Assembly (NCBI GenBank): GCA_902478645.1
Contig: CABSLV010000003.1
Location: forward strand, 18,933-82,932
Length of the DNA stretch: 64,000 nt
Source: an uncultured Flavobacteriales bacterium
Lineage (GTDB): Bacteria > Bacteroidota > Bacteroidia > Flavobacteriales > UBA1820
Direction: 5' to 3'
Shown here: positions 46,049 to 55,898 of the stretch, piece after piece
Position numbering within the stretch: the first letter of the stretch is position 1
Layout: each line of letters opens with the position of its first letter
The notes under the pieces: generated by a model
Databases searched by the model: none
Told to the model about the DNA's origin: nothing
What the model saw: the letters and a program-made list of their open reading frames with translations, nothing else
Translations under genes and position numbers: made by a program

Positions 46049-46696
46049 TTATTTCCCCGACTTCTTCTCCAAAGCCTTCCGGACAAAATCCCGGATAAAC
46101 GCCGCGGTACCCTCCTCGCCGAGCAACGACGAATCGATGCACAACTGGTACGAATCGGTATGTCCCCAACGCTTGTTGGTGAAGTAATTGTAGTACTCCT
46201 TGCGCACCTTGTCCATCTTTTTGGCTTTCTCCTGAGCCTCGAACAGGGAAATACCCTCACGCTGCGACACCCGCTGGGCACGTTGTTCCATCGGAGCGGT
46301 GATAAACACCGAAAACACGTTTTCCTGCTCCCGCAGGACATAGTCGGCGCAGCGGCCTACGATGATGCAGGACGTCCGGGAAGCGACCTCACGGATGGCC
46401 TCGGACTGGTATTTGAAGATATTCTCACTCGAAAGCGAATTGCTGTACATAAAGATCCCTCCAGCGGCAAAAAGCCCCGAGGACAGGGTATGCGAAAACG
46501 ATCCGGGAGCCTTCTCGTCGGAACGGGCAAAATACTCCTGGCTGATGCCGCTGTTTTTGGCCGCTTCGTCCAGGAGTTTCTTGTCGTAATATTCGATACC
46601 GAGCATCTCGGAGAGGGCTTTTCCTATGTTGTGTCCGCCCGAACCGTACTCACGCCCCAGGCAGATGACGAATTTTTGATCCTTGGTTTCCATCAA
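46049..46696 (-). CDS. cytidylate kinase-like (AAA/P-loop) family protein
   Basis: 215 aa, FVICLGREYGSGGHNIGKALSEMLGIEYYDKKLL...; 4-nt overlap with the upstream MATE gene. Confidence 0.7.
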   Translation of the reverse strand: MMETKDQKFVICLGREYGSGGHNIGKALSEMLGIEYYDKKLLDEAAKNSGISQEYFARSDEKAPGSFSHTLSSGLFAAGGIFMYSNSLSSENIFKYQSEAIREVASRTSCIIVGRCADYVLREQENVFSVFITAPMEQRAQRVSQREGISLFEAQEKAKKMDKVRKEYYNYFTNKRWGHTDSYQLCIDSSLLGEEGTAAFIRDFVRKALEKKSGK

Positions 46697-48087
46697 AGTA
46701 CCGGTTTTATATTCGCTTTTTTGTCTTCTTCACGGAACTGCCGTATCTGACGGCGCAACAAATACACGGCCAACAAAGTAGAGGCCAGATCGGCTACCGG
46801 CATACTCAACCACACCCCGTCTGTTCCCAAGAAATGCGGCAAGATAGCCAATAGCGGCACCAGGAACAACATCTGCCGGGTCAAGGAAAGGAGGATCGCC
46901 TTGTTCACCTTGCCAATGGACTGGAAGAAAGCCGCCGTCACCATCTGCAAGCCCACAATCGGGAAAACGAGCAACGCAATGTGCATCCCGCGCACAGCCA
47001 GATCGGTCAATACCGCATCGGTCGTAAACATAGCCGCCAACGCATGGGGAAGCGTCTGCCCCAGAATAAACCCAACGGTCGTTACACTGACGGCGCACAA
47101 GACTCCATAACGCACTGCCGAGGCGACCCGGTCCACTTTCTTCGCGCCGAAATTGTACCCGATAATGGGCTGAAGCCCTTGGTTGAGCCCGATGACGATC
47201 ATCACAAATACCATCAGCACCCGATTGACGATCCCGTACGCTCCGACATAAAAATCTCCGCCGAATTCGGTCTGATTGCCGTACTCCATCAGACTGCGGT
47301 TGATGAAAATAACCACCACACTGGCGCAGATATTCATCAGGAAAGGCGAAATACCGATACCCAGCATCCCCTTGACGATACGGCGAGAAAGGGAGAAAGC
47401 CTGGCGCTTGAAATGTATGAAATGCGACTTGTCCGAGAAGTGCCAGAGTTCCCAGCACATCACAACAACCTGAGCCGTTACGGTAGCCGTAGCCGAACCG
47501 GCAATACCCCATCCGAAGCCGAAGATCAGCAGCGGATTGAGTACGCAGTTGATCGCAATGGCCAGCAGGATCGCCGTCATAGCCCGTCCCGGATACCCCG
47601 AGGCGCGCAACATATCGTTCAAACTCAAATAAATGTGGGTAACCACCGTACCGGAAAGGATAATCCTCATGAACTCCCGTGCATACGGGATCGTGTGTTC
47701 GCTCGCGCCGAAGAAGTAAAGGATCTCATCGAGGAAAATATTCCCGAGCACTGTCAAGGTAAGCCCGATGATGATATTGAGCACCACGAGGTTCCCCAGG
47801 ATATATTCGGCGCTTGCCTTGTCCCCCTGCCCGAGCTTTACGGACATCAAGGTGGCCGCTCCCACGCTGACCAAAGTACCCAACGCCGCAATTACATTCA
47901 TGATGGGCATCGTAATGGCCAACCCCGAGATGGCCATCGCTCCCACGCCATGCCCGATGAAGATGCTGTCGATCATGTTGTACAATGAAGAAGACAACAT
48001 CGCAATAATCGAGGGGATGGCGTACTTCAATAACAACCGGGGGATTTTCTCCGCCCCCAGAGCCTGTGTTTTTTCTTTATCGATCAT
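46693..48087 (-). CDS. MATE family efflux transporter
   Basis: 464 aa, 12 predicted TM segments, N-terminus KIPRLLLKYAIPSIIAMLSSSLYNMIDSIFIGHGVG. Confidence 0.85.
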   Translation of the reverse strand: MIDKEKTQALGAEKIPRLLLKYAIPSIIAMLSSSLYNMIDSIFIGHGVGAMAISGLAITMPIMNVIAALGTLVSVGAATLMSVKLGQGDKASAEYILGNLVVLNIIIGLTLTVLGNIFLDEILYFFGASEHTIPYAREFMRIILSGTVVTHIYLSLNDMLRASGYPGRAMTAILLAIAINCVLNPLLIFGFGWGIAGSATATVTAQVVVMCWELWHFSDKSHFIHFKRQAFSLSRRIVKGMLGIGISPFLMNICASVVVIFINRSLMEYGNQTEFGGDFYVGAYGIVNRVLMVFVMIVIGLNQGLQPIIGYNFGAKKVDRVASAVRYGVLCAVSVTTVGFILGQTLPHALAAMFTTDAVLTDLAVRGMHIALLVFPIVGLQMVTAAFFQSIGKVNKAILLSLTRQMLFLVPLLAILPHFLGTDGVWLSMPVADLASTLLAVYLLRRQIRQFREEDKKANIKPVL

Positions 48088-48250
48088 ATTCCCATTTCAT
48101 TATTCCCTGCAAATTTCCGAATAAAACCGCAGAAGAGAGAAAACCTCTTGCACTTTTTTCCTGAAAACCGCCTCTTACCCCACTGCAGCCCCCTTGCAAA
48201 AAAAATTAAAAATATATTAATACACCTGGATAAGTAATTGAAATTTACCC

Positions 48251-48258
48251 TATCTTTG
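48251..48258 (+). promoter_or_regulatory. candidate -7 box (TATCTTTG) for ompA-like gene
   Basis: Perfect TAnnTTTG 61 nt upstream of ATG 48320; no properly spaced -33. Confidence 0.4.
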
Positions 48259-48319
48259 TTTTTGTAGGATAGTAGTATCCTACCCTCAAATTGAAACAAC
48301 ATTTCAACCCAGATTAATC

Positions 48320-49471
48320 ATGAAAAATCTATTCAAAATTGTTGCTTTTGCAGTTGTTTTGGCCATGCCGTTTGCTGCACAAGCACAAAATGAGCCCCAA
48401 ACCAAAAAGGGTCCTTATGTCACCAACGGATTTTGGGACAATTGGTTTATGTCAGTGGGAGCCGGTGTACAAGGCTACTTCGGCGAATTCCACACCAAAG
48501 GCGACACCTATATCACCCCGGCATTCGACCTGTCGGTAGGGAAATGGGTAACTCCCGTATGGGGAGCCCGGATGCAAGTAGCCGGCCTAACGGCAAAATC
48601 AGCCACGATCAATGGCAACAATCCTTTCGTGGACGGCCGTTATGATAACACCTACTACAACCTCAAGATGAAATACATGCACTACCACGTAGATGCATTG
48701 TTCAACTTGTCTGCCGCATTCTGGGGCTACAAGCCGGATCGCGTGTACGAACTGATACCTTTCGTCGGATTCGGAGGCATCTCCACGTATAGCGGTCCTT
48801 CGAGCCACGAATTGGCATTCGACGCCGGTATCTTGAACAAATTCCGGATCTCGGAGCACTTCGACATCAACCTCGAACTTCGCGGAGCTTTGTTTAACCA
48901 GCGCTTCGACGCACAGTGGGGCGGCAACCGCGGAGAGGGGATCGGCTCGATTACGGCCGGTATTACCTACCGCTTCGGAAAGAAACCGTTCAAGAGAGCT
49001 TCCGAGCTGATGACGGATCTCACTCCGTTCAACAACCGGATCAGCGATCTCGAAGATGAATTGGCCGCCAGCAAAGCCAAGCAGGCTGCTTTGGAAAAAG
49101 CCTTGAAGGAAGCTGAAAGCCGTCCGGCTGTTAAGGAAGAAATCATTGAAACCCCGTATGCAGGTACCGCCGTGTTCTTCGTGATCGGTCGCACCGACAT
49201 CAGCGCCGAAGGGAAAATCGTTCTGGATGAAATGGCCGAAACGATCAAGGCCAGCAACGGAGGCAAATTCGTCGTTACAGGATATGCTGACAAGGAAACC
49301 GGCAGCGCAGCCCGCAACATGCAGCTCAGCCAGCAGCGCGCACAGAACGTTCACGACTACCTGGTGTCGAAAGGCGTAAATCCGGATCAGCTCGACGTGA
49401 TTGCCATGGGCAGCAAGGAGAATCCTTACTCCAAGCCTTACCTGAATCGCGTAGTGATTGTAAAGAAGTAA
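48320..49471 (+). CDS. OmpA family outer-membrane protein (beta-barrel, coiled linker, OmpA_C)
   Basis: 383 aa; signal peptide ...AMPFAAQAQ; C-terminal VVTGYADKETGSAARNMQLSQQRAQNVHDYLVSKGV (peptidoglycan-binding OmpA domain). Confidence 0.8.
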   Translation: MKNLFKIVAFAVVLAMPFAAQAQNEPQTKKGPYVTNGFWDNWFMSVGAGVQGYFGEFHTKGDTYITPAFDLSVGKWVTPVWGARMQVAGLTAKSATINGNNPFVDGRYDNTYYNLKMKYMHYHVDALFNLSAAFWGYKPDRVYELIPFVGFGGISTYSGPSSHELAFDAGILNKFRISEHFDINLELRGALFNQRFDAQWGGNRGEGIGSITAGITYRFGKKPFKRASELMTDLTPFNNRISDLEDELAASKAKQAALEKALKEAESRPAVKEEIIETPYAGTAVFFVIGRTDISAEGKIVLDEMAETIKASNGGKFVVTGYADKETGSAARNMQLSQQRAQNVHDYLVSKGVNPDQLDVIAMGSKENPYSKPYLNRVVIVKK

Positions 49472-49492
49472 TCGAACCCTCCTGTTCGACTC

Positions 49493-49528
49493 AAGTCGTC
49501 CTGCCTTTTGGCAGGACGACTTTTTTTC
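49493..49528 (+). terminator. intrinsic terminator after ompA-like gene
   Basis: AAGTCGTCCTGCC-tttt-GGCAGGACGACTT followed by a T-run. Confidence 0.85.
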
Positions 49529-49792
49529 TTCCATCCTACCCCGCCGCTCCCAGCAAGACCTTATTATAATCTACTGAAAGATTTCCTACCCCCCGTCCAC
49601 GGCTGCCCCACAGGAAAACGTCCGTTCCTCAAATACACCGAAACCCCGGAAAACAAGCCGTGGAGCATTTCCTTCTTATCAAAATCAAATGCTGTCCCCT
49701 CAACAAGCAGAAAAGCGGCCCCAATGTCCGTCCAAAAATGCATTTTAAGTATTTTTTTACATTCCATTTCCCCACGCATGGAATTAATGTAT

Positions 49793-49800
49793 TATATTTG
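49793..49800 (+). promoter_or_regulatory. candidate -7 box (TATATTTG) for the exbB operon
   Basis: Perfect TAnnTTTG 91 nt upstream of the exbB ATG; weak TTTC at about 22 nt spacing. Confidence 0.45.
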
Positions 49801-49891
49801 CTGCGGTAAAAATTCTGCCTCATAGATATCGAATACCATTTAGCAAATAGTTTTCAAAGACCAATAAACAACTAAAAATCTGTTATTTATC

Positions 49892-50707
49892 ATGAATGCA
49901 AACGCTAAAAAAACGAAAAAGTCTTATTCTGGCGTAGGAACCGCTCCCGTGGTTATCGTGGTGTGCCTGATCATCGCCATCTGCATCTTCAAATTTGTGC
50001 TGGGTAACCCGGACAACTTCATGAACGGCGACCCGAATGGTCACCCCCTGCCCGGAAACATGCTGGGTACCATTTACAAAGGTGGTGTTGTGGTACCTAT
50101 GATTCAGACCCTGTTGCTCACGGTTATTGCATTGAGCGTAGAGCGGTGGTTCGCTTTGGGCAAGGCCAAAGGTAAAGGCAACATCACCCGTTTCGTTGTC
50201 AACATCAAAGAAGCTCTTTCGGAGAACAACATCGCTAAAGCTCGCGAACTGTGCAACAAGCAGAAAGGTTCGGTAGCCAATGTGGTATATGCTGCTCTGG
50301 AGAAATACGAAGAGATGGAAAAAGACAACGAACTGACCAAAGAGCAGAAAGTTCTCTCGATCCAGAAAGCCCTGGAAGAAGCTACCGCACTGGAACTCCC
50401 CACGCTGGAACAGAACCTGCCGGTTGTTGCAACCCTGACCACGCTGGGTACCCTGATGGGACTTCTGGGAACGGTTATCGGTATGATCAAGTCGTTCGCC
50501 GCTCTGGCCAACGCAGGTTCGCCTGACTCCGTAGCCCTGTCCGCCGGTATTTCCGAGGCCCTTGTGAACACGGCATTCGGTATCGCTACCGCCGTTCTGG
50601 CTCTTATCTCTTACAACTATTTCACCAGCAAAATCGACACGATCTCTTACTGCATCGACGAAGTAGGCTTCTCTCTTGTTCAGTCTTACGCCGCTAACCA
50701 CAAGTAA
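49892..50707 (+). CDS. exbB: MotA/TolQ/ExbB proton-channel family protein
   Basis: 271 aa; three TM segments; LGLLGTVIGMIKSF...LSAGISEALVNTAFGIATAVLALISYNYF. Confidence 0.85.
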   Translation: MNANAKKTKKSYSGVGTAPVVIVVCLIIAICIFKFVLGNPDNFMNGDPNGHPLPGNMLGTIYKGGVVVPMIQTLLLTVIALSVERWFALGKAKGKGNITRFVVNIKEALSENNIAKARELCNKQKGSVANVVYAALEKYEEMEKDNELTKEQKVLSIQKALEEATALELPTLEQNLPVVATLTTLGTLMGLLGTVIGMIKSFAALANAGSPDSVALSAGISEALVNTAFGIATAVLALISYNYFTSKIDTISYCIDEVGFSLVQSYAANHK

Positions 50708-50741
50708 TCAACCGACACGGACTAAGTAAAGAATAAGAATT

Positions 50742-51359
50742 ATGCCTAAAGTTAAAGTAAAAAGAAAGAGTACTGCCATCGACATGACCCCGATGAGTGA
50801 TGTCATGGTGCTCTTGCTTACTTTCTTTATGCTTACCACCACGTTTATCCAGAAGGAGCCGGTACAGGTTGTCACCCCGGCCTCCGTATCGGATATCAAG
50901 ATTCCTGAAACCAATGTCCTTCAGATTCTGGTGGACAAGAGTGGAAAGGTATTCCTGAGCCTGGATAAACAGGAAGACCGCATGGCGGTATTGCAAAAAG
51001 TAGGCGAGGCGTACGGCGTAACATTCACGGACGAGCAGATTCAGAAATTCAAACTGATCAACTCGTTCGGGGTGCCCATCGAACAGATGCCGGCATTCCT
51101 CAACTTGTCGACGGAAGAACAGGACGCTACCCTGCGTAACTATGGCGTGCCTATTGACAGCACGGACAACCAGTTCAAAGTCTGGGTGCAGGAAGCGCGC
51201 AAACAAAACGGAAAGGGTCTTATCATCGCCATCAAAGCCGATGCAACGACTCCTTACCCGATCATTCGCCAGGTGATGAGTTCCCTGCAGGAACTGCGTG
51301 AGAACCGTTACAACCTGATAACTTCGCTCAAGACCATTAAAACCGATGAGCTTGAGTAA
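50742..51359 (+). CDS. exbD: biopolymer transport protein ExbD/TolR (paralogue 1)
   Basis: 205 aa; IDMTPMSDVMVLLLTFFMLTTTF N-terminal TM motif. Confidence 0.85.
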   Translation: MPKVKVKRKSTAIDMTPMSDVMVLLLTFFMLTTTFIQKEPVQVVTPASVSDIKIPETNVLQILVDKSGKVFLSLDKQEDRMAVLQKVGEAYGVTFTDEQIQKFKLINSFGVPIEQMPAFLNLSTEEQDATLRNYGVPIDSTDNQFKVWVQEARKQNGKGLIIAIKADATTPYPIIRQVMSSLQELRENRYNLITSLKTIKTDELE

Positions 51360-51381
51360 GCTCCTTAAACGAAATTGACAT

Positions 51382-52050
51382 ATGGCTGAAGTAGAACAGA
51401 AAGACAGAGGGAAAGGCAAGAAGCCAGGCACCAAAAAGGTGAGCACCCGCATCGACTTTACGCCGATGGTGGACATGATCATGCTTCTGATCACCTTCTT
51501 CATGCTTGCTACGTCGATGAACAAACCTCAGACGATGGAGATAAGCATGCCCACGAAAGACAAAGTCAGTGAGGAGGAGCAGACCAAGATTCAGGAATCC
51601 CGCGCCATCACGGTGCTTCTCGGCAAAGACGACAAGGTGTACTACTACACCGGGATGCCCAACTACGAGGACTACACCTCTCTCAAACGCACCAACTATG
51701 GTCCCGACGGATTGAGAGCGCTTCTGATGCAACGCAACCAAAAGGTCGTTGCGGAGATGAACGAACTCAAGAAACAGAAGTTGGATAACAAAATATCCGA
51801 CGAGGATTTCAAGAAACGCTCCACCGAGATCAAAGACGACAAGTCTTCGCCCATCGTGGTTATCAAAGCGACGGACGATGCTACCTACAAGAACCTTATC
51901 GACGCTTTGGACGAAATGGCGATCTGCAGTATCGGTAAATATGCTATCGACGACATTGCCGAAGGGGACAAATGGCTGATCGAGAACCTCGAATCGGGCG
52001 GTGACCTGGGTGCACAGTCGGATTTGGCCGGGACTTCCAACAACAATTAA
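51382..52050 (+). CDS. exbD: biopolymer transport protein ExbD/TolR (paralogue 2)
   Basis: 222 aa; IDFTPMVDMIMLLITFFMLATSM motif. Confidence 0.85.
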   Translation: MAEVEQKDRGKGKKPGTKKVSTRIDFTPMVDMIMLLITFFMLATSMNKPQTMEISMPTKDKVSEEEQTKIQESRAITVLLGKDDKVYYYTGMPNYEDYTSLKRTNYGPDGLRALLMQRNQKVVAEMNELKKQKLDNKISDEDFKKRSTEIKDDKSSPIVVIKATDDATYKNLIDALDEMAICSIGKYAIDDIAEGDKWLIENLESGGDLGAQSDLAGTSNNN

Positions 52051-52064
52051 AAAAAGGAGAAGAA

Positions 52065-52877
52065 ATGGCTAAGATAGACTTATTATCCAGAGAGTGGTCT
52101 GACCTTATCTTCAAAGGGAAGAACAAAAACTACGGAGCTTACGAGCTGCGTATCAAATCGCCCAAACGGCACATCATTGCACTGATCACAGTCATTGTAC
52201 TGGTAGCTGTAGCAGTATCCTTCAAAGCTGTGGCTTCGTACATCGTATCGCGTCAGGACAAAGTGGTCATCACCGAGGTTACTCAGTTGACCCAGCTCCC
52301 GCCGGCCGAGGTAAAGAACAACGATGAGATCAAGAAAGTGGAGGCTCCGCCGCCACCGCCTCTGAAGAGCTCCATCAAGTTCACCGCGCCGAAGATCGAA
52401 AAGGACGAGAACGTCCGTGAAGAGGACGAAATCAAGTCCCAGGAAGAGATCATCGAAGCAAAGGTGGCTGTGTCCATCGCAGACGTCAAGGGTAACGACG
52501 AAGAAAACGGTCAGGATATCGCCGAACTTCGTGAAATTACCCAAGAAGTCGAGGAAGAAGAGCCTTACACCGCTGTTGAGGAAATGCCTCAATTCCCCGG
52601 TGGAGATAAAGCGATGTACGACTGGTTGTACGAACACTTGGAATACCCCTATTCCGCACAGGAACGCGGTATCTCCGGAAACGTATGGCTTCGCTTCGTA
52701 GTATCGAAAGAAGGTAAAGTAGAACGGGTAGAAGTCGCTCGAGGCATCGACCCGGCCTGCGATAAGGAAGCTCAGCGCGTGGTAGCTTCGATGCCCGACT
52801 GGATTCCTGGCCGTCAGAACGGACGTAATGTCCCGGTATACTACACGATCCGCGTCGTATTCCAGTTGAAGAAGTAA
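52065..52877 (+). CDS. tonB: energy transducer TonB
   Basis: 270 aa; N-terminal TM, Pro/Glu-rich linker (VEAPPPPPLK), C-terminal TonB_C (MPQFPGGDKAMYDWL...GNVWLRFVVSKEGKV). Confidence 0.85.
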   Translation: MAKIDLLSREWSDLIFKGKNKNYGAYELRIKSPKRHIIALITVIVLVAVAVSFKAVASYIVSRQDKVVITEVTQLTQLPPAEVKNNDEIKKVEAPPPPPLKSSIKFTAPKIEKDENVREEDEIKSQEEIIEAKVAVSIADVKGNDEENGQDIAELREITQEVEEEEPYTAVEEMPQFPGGDKAMYDWLYEHLEYPYSAQERGISGNVWLRFVVSKEGKVERVEVARGIDPACDKEAQRVVASMPDWIPGRQNGRNVPVYYTIRVVFQLKK

Positions 52878-52908
52878 TTCTTCGCTCGCACTTGTCGCGA
52901 GAAACAAG

Positions 52909-52957
52909 AAACTTGCCCGTTGTCTTCAGCAGAGAGCTGCGGGCAAGTTTTTTTTCT
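52909..52957 (+). terminator. hairpin plus T8 after tonB (possible partial terminator)
   Basis: AAACTTGCCCG-20 nt-CGGGCAAGTTT followed by TTTTTTT. Confidence 0.6.
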
Positions 52958-52986
52958 CTTATGTTATTTGTTTTTCGGCGAAAAAG

Positions 52987-53172
52987 ATGAAAAAGAATCC
53001 TATCACCTACGCATTTGCCATCTTGATGGTCATCTTCTATATGGCCTTGGCTGGAATGTTGATTTTTTCACCGATCTTTGACATGACCTTTTCTTTGACG
53101 ATGCGCATAATAGCCGGTATCGTTTTTTTCCTCTATGCCCTGTTGCGCGCATACAGGATCTTGAAAAAATAA
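52987..53172 (+). CDS. small hypothetical membrane protein (two TM segments)
   Basis: 61-aa ORF, strongly hydrophobic (ILMVIFYMALAGMLIFSPIF...IIAGIVFFLYALL); packed between tonB and the PstS-like gene. Confidence 0.4.
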   Translation: MKKNPITYAFAILMVIFYMALAGMLIFSPIFDMTFSLTMRIIAGIVFFLYALLRAYRILKK

Positions 53173-53195
53173 CCGAAACTTATTACCTTTACGCA

Positions 53196-54167
53196 ATGAA
53201 AAACTTTATCCAACACTCTAAAAAAACAAGCCTTGCGCTTTGTACCCTGCTCGCCGCAATGGGATTTGTCGCGTGCAAAAGTCAGGATAAAGTGCAGGGG
53301 CCTACCGACACGACCAGTTCGGGCGTCATAGCGATCGCGGCAGACGAGAGTTTCGCTCCGGTCTTGGACCAGGAAATCGCCGTATTTGAAAACGACTATA
53401 ACCAGGCCTCCATCATCCCCATCTACAAAAGCGAAGTAGATGCCATCAACCTCCTGCTTCAGGACAGCGTATATCTGGCCATCACCACCCGGACCCTTTC
53501 GGAAGGGGAAAATGCAGCCTTGGAACAGAAGAAACTCTTTGCCAAACCCGTACTGTTGGCCACCGATGCCGTAGCCGTGATCATCAATCGGGAAAACCCC
53601 GATTCGCTGCTTTCCGTAAGCCAACTCAAAAAGATACTCTCCGGAGAGATCACCTCCTGGAAACAACTCAACCCCAAATCCAAATTGGGGGACATCACTT
53701 TTGTCTTTGACAATCCCAATTCCGGAATGCTGCGTTATCTGCGCGATTCCCTGATGCGTGACACCCCGCTTTCGGACAAACTCTTTGCCCAAAAGACCAA
53801 TCAGGAGGTCATCGATTATGTCGAACAAACTCCCGGTGCCATGGGGGTTGTGGGAGCCAGTTGGGTATTGGACATGGCCGATACGACGCTCCTGTCCTTC
53901 ATCCCGCAGATCCGCGTGATGGCACTCACCGATCAGGCTGTACCGGACAAATACAATACCTTCCAACCCTACCAAGCCTATATGGCTACCGGAGAATATC
54001 CGCTTTCACGCAACGTGTATGCCATTCTCTCCGAACCCCGCAATGGCCTGGCCACCGGATTCACCCGCTTTTTGGCGGGATACAAGGCACAACGCGTCAT
54101 CCTGCGCGCCGGACTCGTACCGGCTACGCAATCCTTGCGCATTGTCAATGTACGTGAAGAACTATAA
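53196..54167 (+). CDS. PstS-like (type 2 periplasmic-binding fold) substrate-binding lipoprotein
   Basis: 323 aa; lipobox LLAAMGFVAC; VIAIAADESFAPVLDQE...LATDAVAVIINRENP...QLKKILSGEITSWKQL resembles PstS-family binding proteins. Confidence 0.7.
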   Translation: MKNFIQHSKKTSLALCTLLAAMGFVACKSQDKVQGPTDTTSSGVIAIAADESFAPVLDQEIAVFENDYNQASIIPIYKSEVDAINLLLQDSVYLAITTRTLSEGENAALEQKKLFAKPVLLATDAVAVIINRENPDSLLSVSQLKKILSGEITSWKQLNPKSKLGDITFVFDNPNSGMLRYLRDSLMRDTPLSDKLFAQKTNQEVIDYVEQTPGAMGVVGASWVLDMADTTLLSFIPQIRVMALTDQAVPDKYNTFQPYQAYMATGEYPLSRNVYAILSEPRNGLATGFTRFLAGYKAQRVILRAGLVPATQSLRIVNVREEL

Positions 54168-54200
54168 GCGAAAATCAATATCATCATTTTATCCAGTACT

Positions 54201-55838
54201 ATGAAAAGAAGTTTTAAATTTCTGTTTTCTGCCGCTCTCTTGGCAGGGTCTGCACTGAGTGCATGGAGTGCGGACAATCAAAAAGCGATCGAATATTTTC
54301 AGTCCGGTTTTCCGGAGTATGCAAAAGCCATTCTGCTGAACAACCTGCAGGATCCTTCGACCAACAAAGAAGAGGCTTATTTCAATCTGGGAGAGATCTA
54401 CTTCGCCCTCAATATGCCGGATTCCGCAGCCTATTACTACCAAAAAGGATTGGAAGCAAATCCCAATTCCGTAGCCAACAAAGTCGGAGCCGCGAAACTG
54501 AAGATCCAGTCCGATCCGAAAGCCGCAGAAGAAGTTTTCAAGGAAATCGTCAGCGGAAAAAACAAAAAGAACCCCGAATACTACACCCGTATCGGACAAG
54601 CCTACTTGGACAATGGCAACCTGGAGGAAGCTCTCCGCTATGCGGAAAAAGCCAAACAAGCCGACATGAAATATGCCGATGCCTACTTGCTGCACGGTGA
54701 TATTTATGCCGCAGAAAAGAACGCCGGAAAAGCTGCCGAACAGTACGAACAAGCCATTTATTTCGACCAGGCACACCGTCAAGGTTACATCAAATATGCC
54801 CGTCTCTTTGCATCTGTCAATGCAGATCGCGCCATTGAAATGCTGAACAAACTGCTTGCACTCGACGCACAGTCGGCGATCGCTTATCGTGAATTGGCTG
54901 AAGTTTATTACGCCAACAACCAGTTTGCCAAAGCAGCACAGGCATACGAGCAATTCGTTTCCCTGGACAATTTCTACGCCGAATCCGAGATGGCAAGATA
55001 CGCTACCATCCTGTTCTACAACAAGGATTTCAAGAAATCCGCAGAAATCGCCCTTGAAGTGCTCAAGAAAAACCCGAACAACTTCGTCATGCAACGCCTG
55101 CTGATGTACGATGCGGTTGAACTGAAAGATTACAACATAGCCATCGACTATGCCAACAATTTCATGAATCAGGCCGATACCTCGAAATACATCTACTTGG
55201 ACTACCGTTACTATGGCACCCTCTTGTCCAAGGTTGGAGAAAAAGAAAAGGCTTACAAACAGCTTGAAAAAGCATTGCAGATCGATCCGTCGAAAGTTGA
55301 ACTCTACAAGGAACTGGGAAACATGTACGAGGCCGATGGCGACTATGAGAATGCCATCCGTCAGCACACCAATTTCATCGAGAACGGAGCCGAACAAGTA
55401 ACCCTGGCCGACTACTATTCCCTGGGACGTCTGAACTATTTCGCAGCCAGCGACACCCTTCCTCAACACGTTGCCAACCGCGACAAATATCTTGCCGGAG
55501 CAGACAGCGCATTTGCCAAAGTAGCGGAACAGGCTCCCGACAATTACTTGGGCTACTTCTGGCAGGCACGCACCAATTCCTTGAAAGACCCCAACAGCGA
55601 TCTGGGTCTTGCCAAACCGTACTACGAAAAAGTTGCCGAAATCCTCGAAGCAAAAGGCACCAATAAAAACCAGCTCATCGAGGCCTACAGCTACCTGGGA
55701 TATTACCTCTACATCAAAGGACAATTGGCAGAATCCATTCCCTACTGGGAAAAAATCCTTGCCCTGGAACCTGACCACGCCGTAGCAAAACAGGCTCTTG
55801 AAGGCATCAAAGCTGAGATGGAAGCCGCTGGCAATTAA
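54201..55838 (+). CDS. tetratricopeptide (TPR) repeat protein, secreted
   Basis: 545 aa; signal peptide; many A-x-Y-x-L-G/A-x-x-Y TPR units (EEAYFNLGEIYFALNMPDSAAYYYQKGLEANP...). Confidence 0.8.
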   Translation: MKRSFKFLFSAALLAGSALSAWSADNQKAIEYFQSGFPEYAKAILLNNLQDPSTNKEEAYFNLGEIYFALNMPDSAAYYYQKGLEANPNSVANKVGAAKLKIQSDPKAAEEVFKEIVSGKNKKNPEYYTRIGQAYLDNGNLEEALRYAEKAKQADMKYADAYLLHGDIYAAEKNAGKAAEQYEQAIYFDQAHRQGYIKYARLFASVNADRAIEMLNKLLALDAQSAIAYRELAEVYYANNQFAKAAQAYEQFVSLDNFYAESEMARYATILFYNKDFKKSAEIALEVLKKNPNNFVMQRLLMYDAVELKDYNIAIDYANNFMNQADTSKYIYLDYRYYGTLLSKVGEKEKAYKQLEKALQIDPSKVELYKELGNMYEADGDYENAIRQHTNFIENGAEQVTLADYYSLGRLNYFAASDTLPQHVANRDKYLAGADSAFAKVAEQAPDNYLGYFWQARTNSLKDPNSDLGLAKPYYEKVAEILEAKGTNKNQLIEAYSYLGYYLYIKGQLAESIPYWEKILALEPDHAVAKQALEGIKAEMEAAGN

Positions 55839-55866
55839 CCGTCTCTATCATCCACTCATAGTACAA

Positions 55867-55898
55867 AACGGTCTCCGCAAAAGCGGAGACCGTTTTTT
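55867..55898 (+). terminator. intrinsic terminator after TPR gene
   Basis: AACGGTCTCCGC-aaaa-GCGGAGACCGTT followed by TTTT; A-run on the other side, so possibly bidirectional. Confidence 0.85.
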
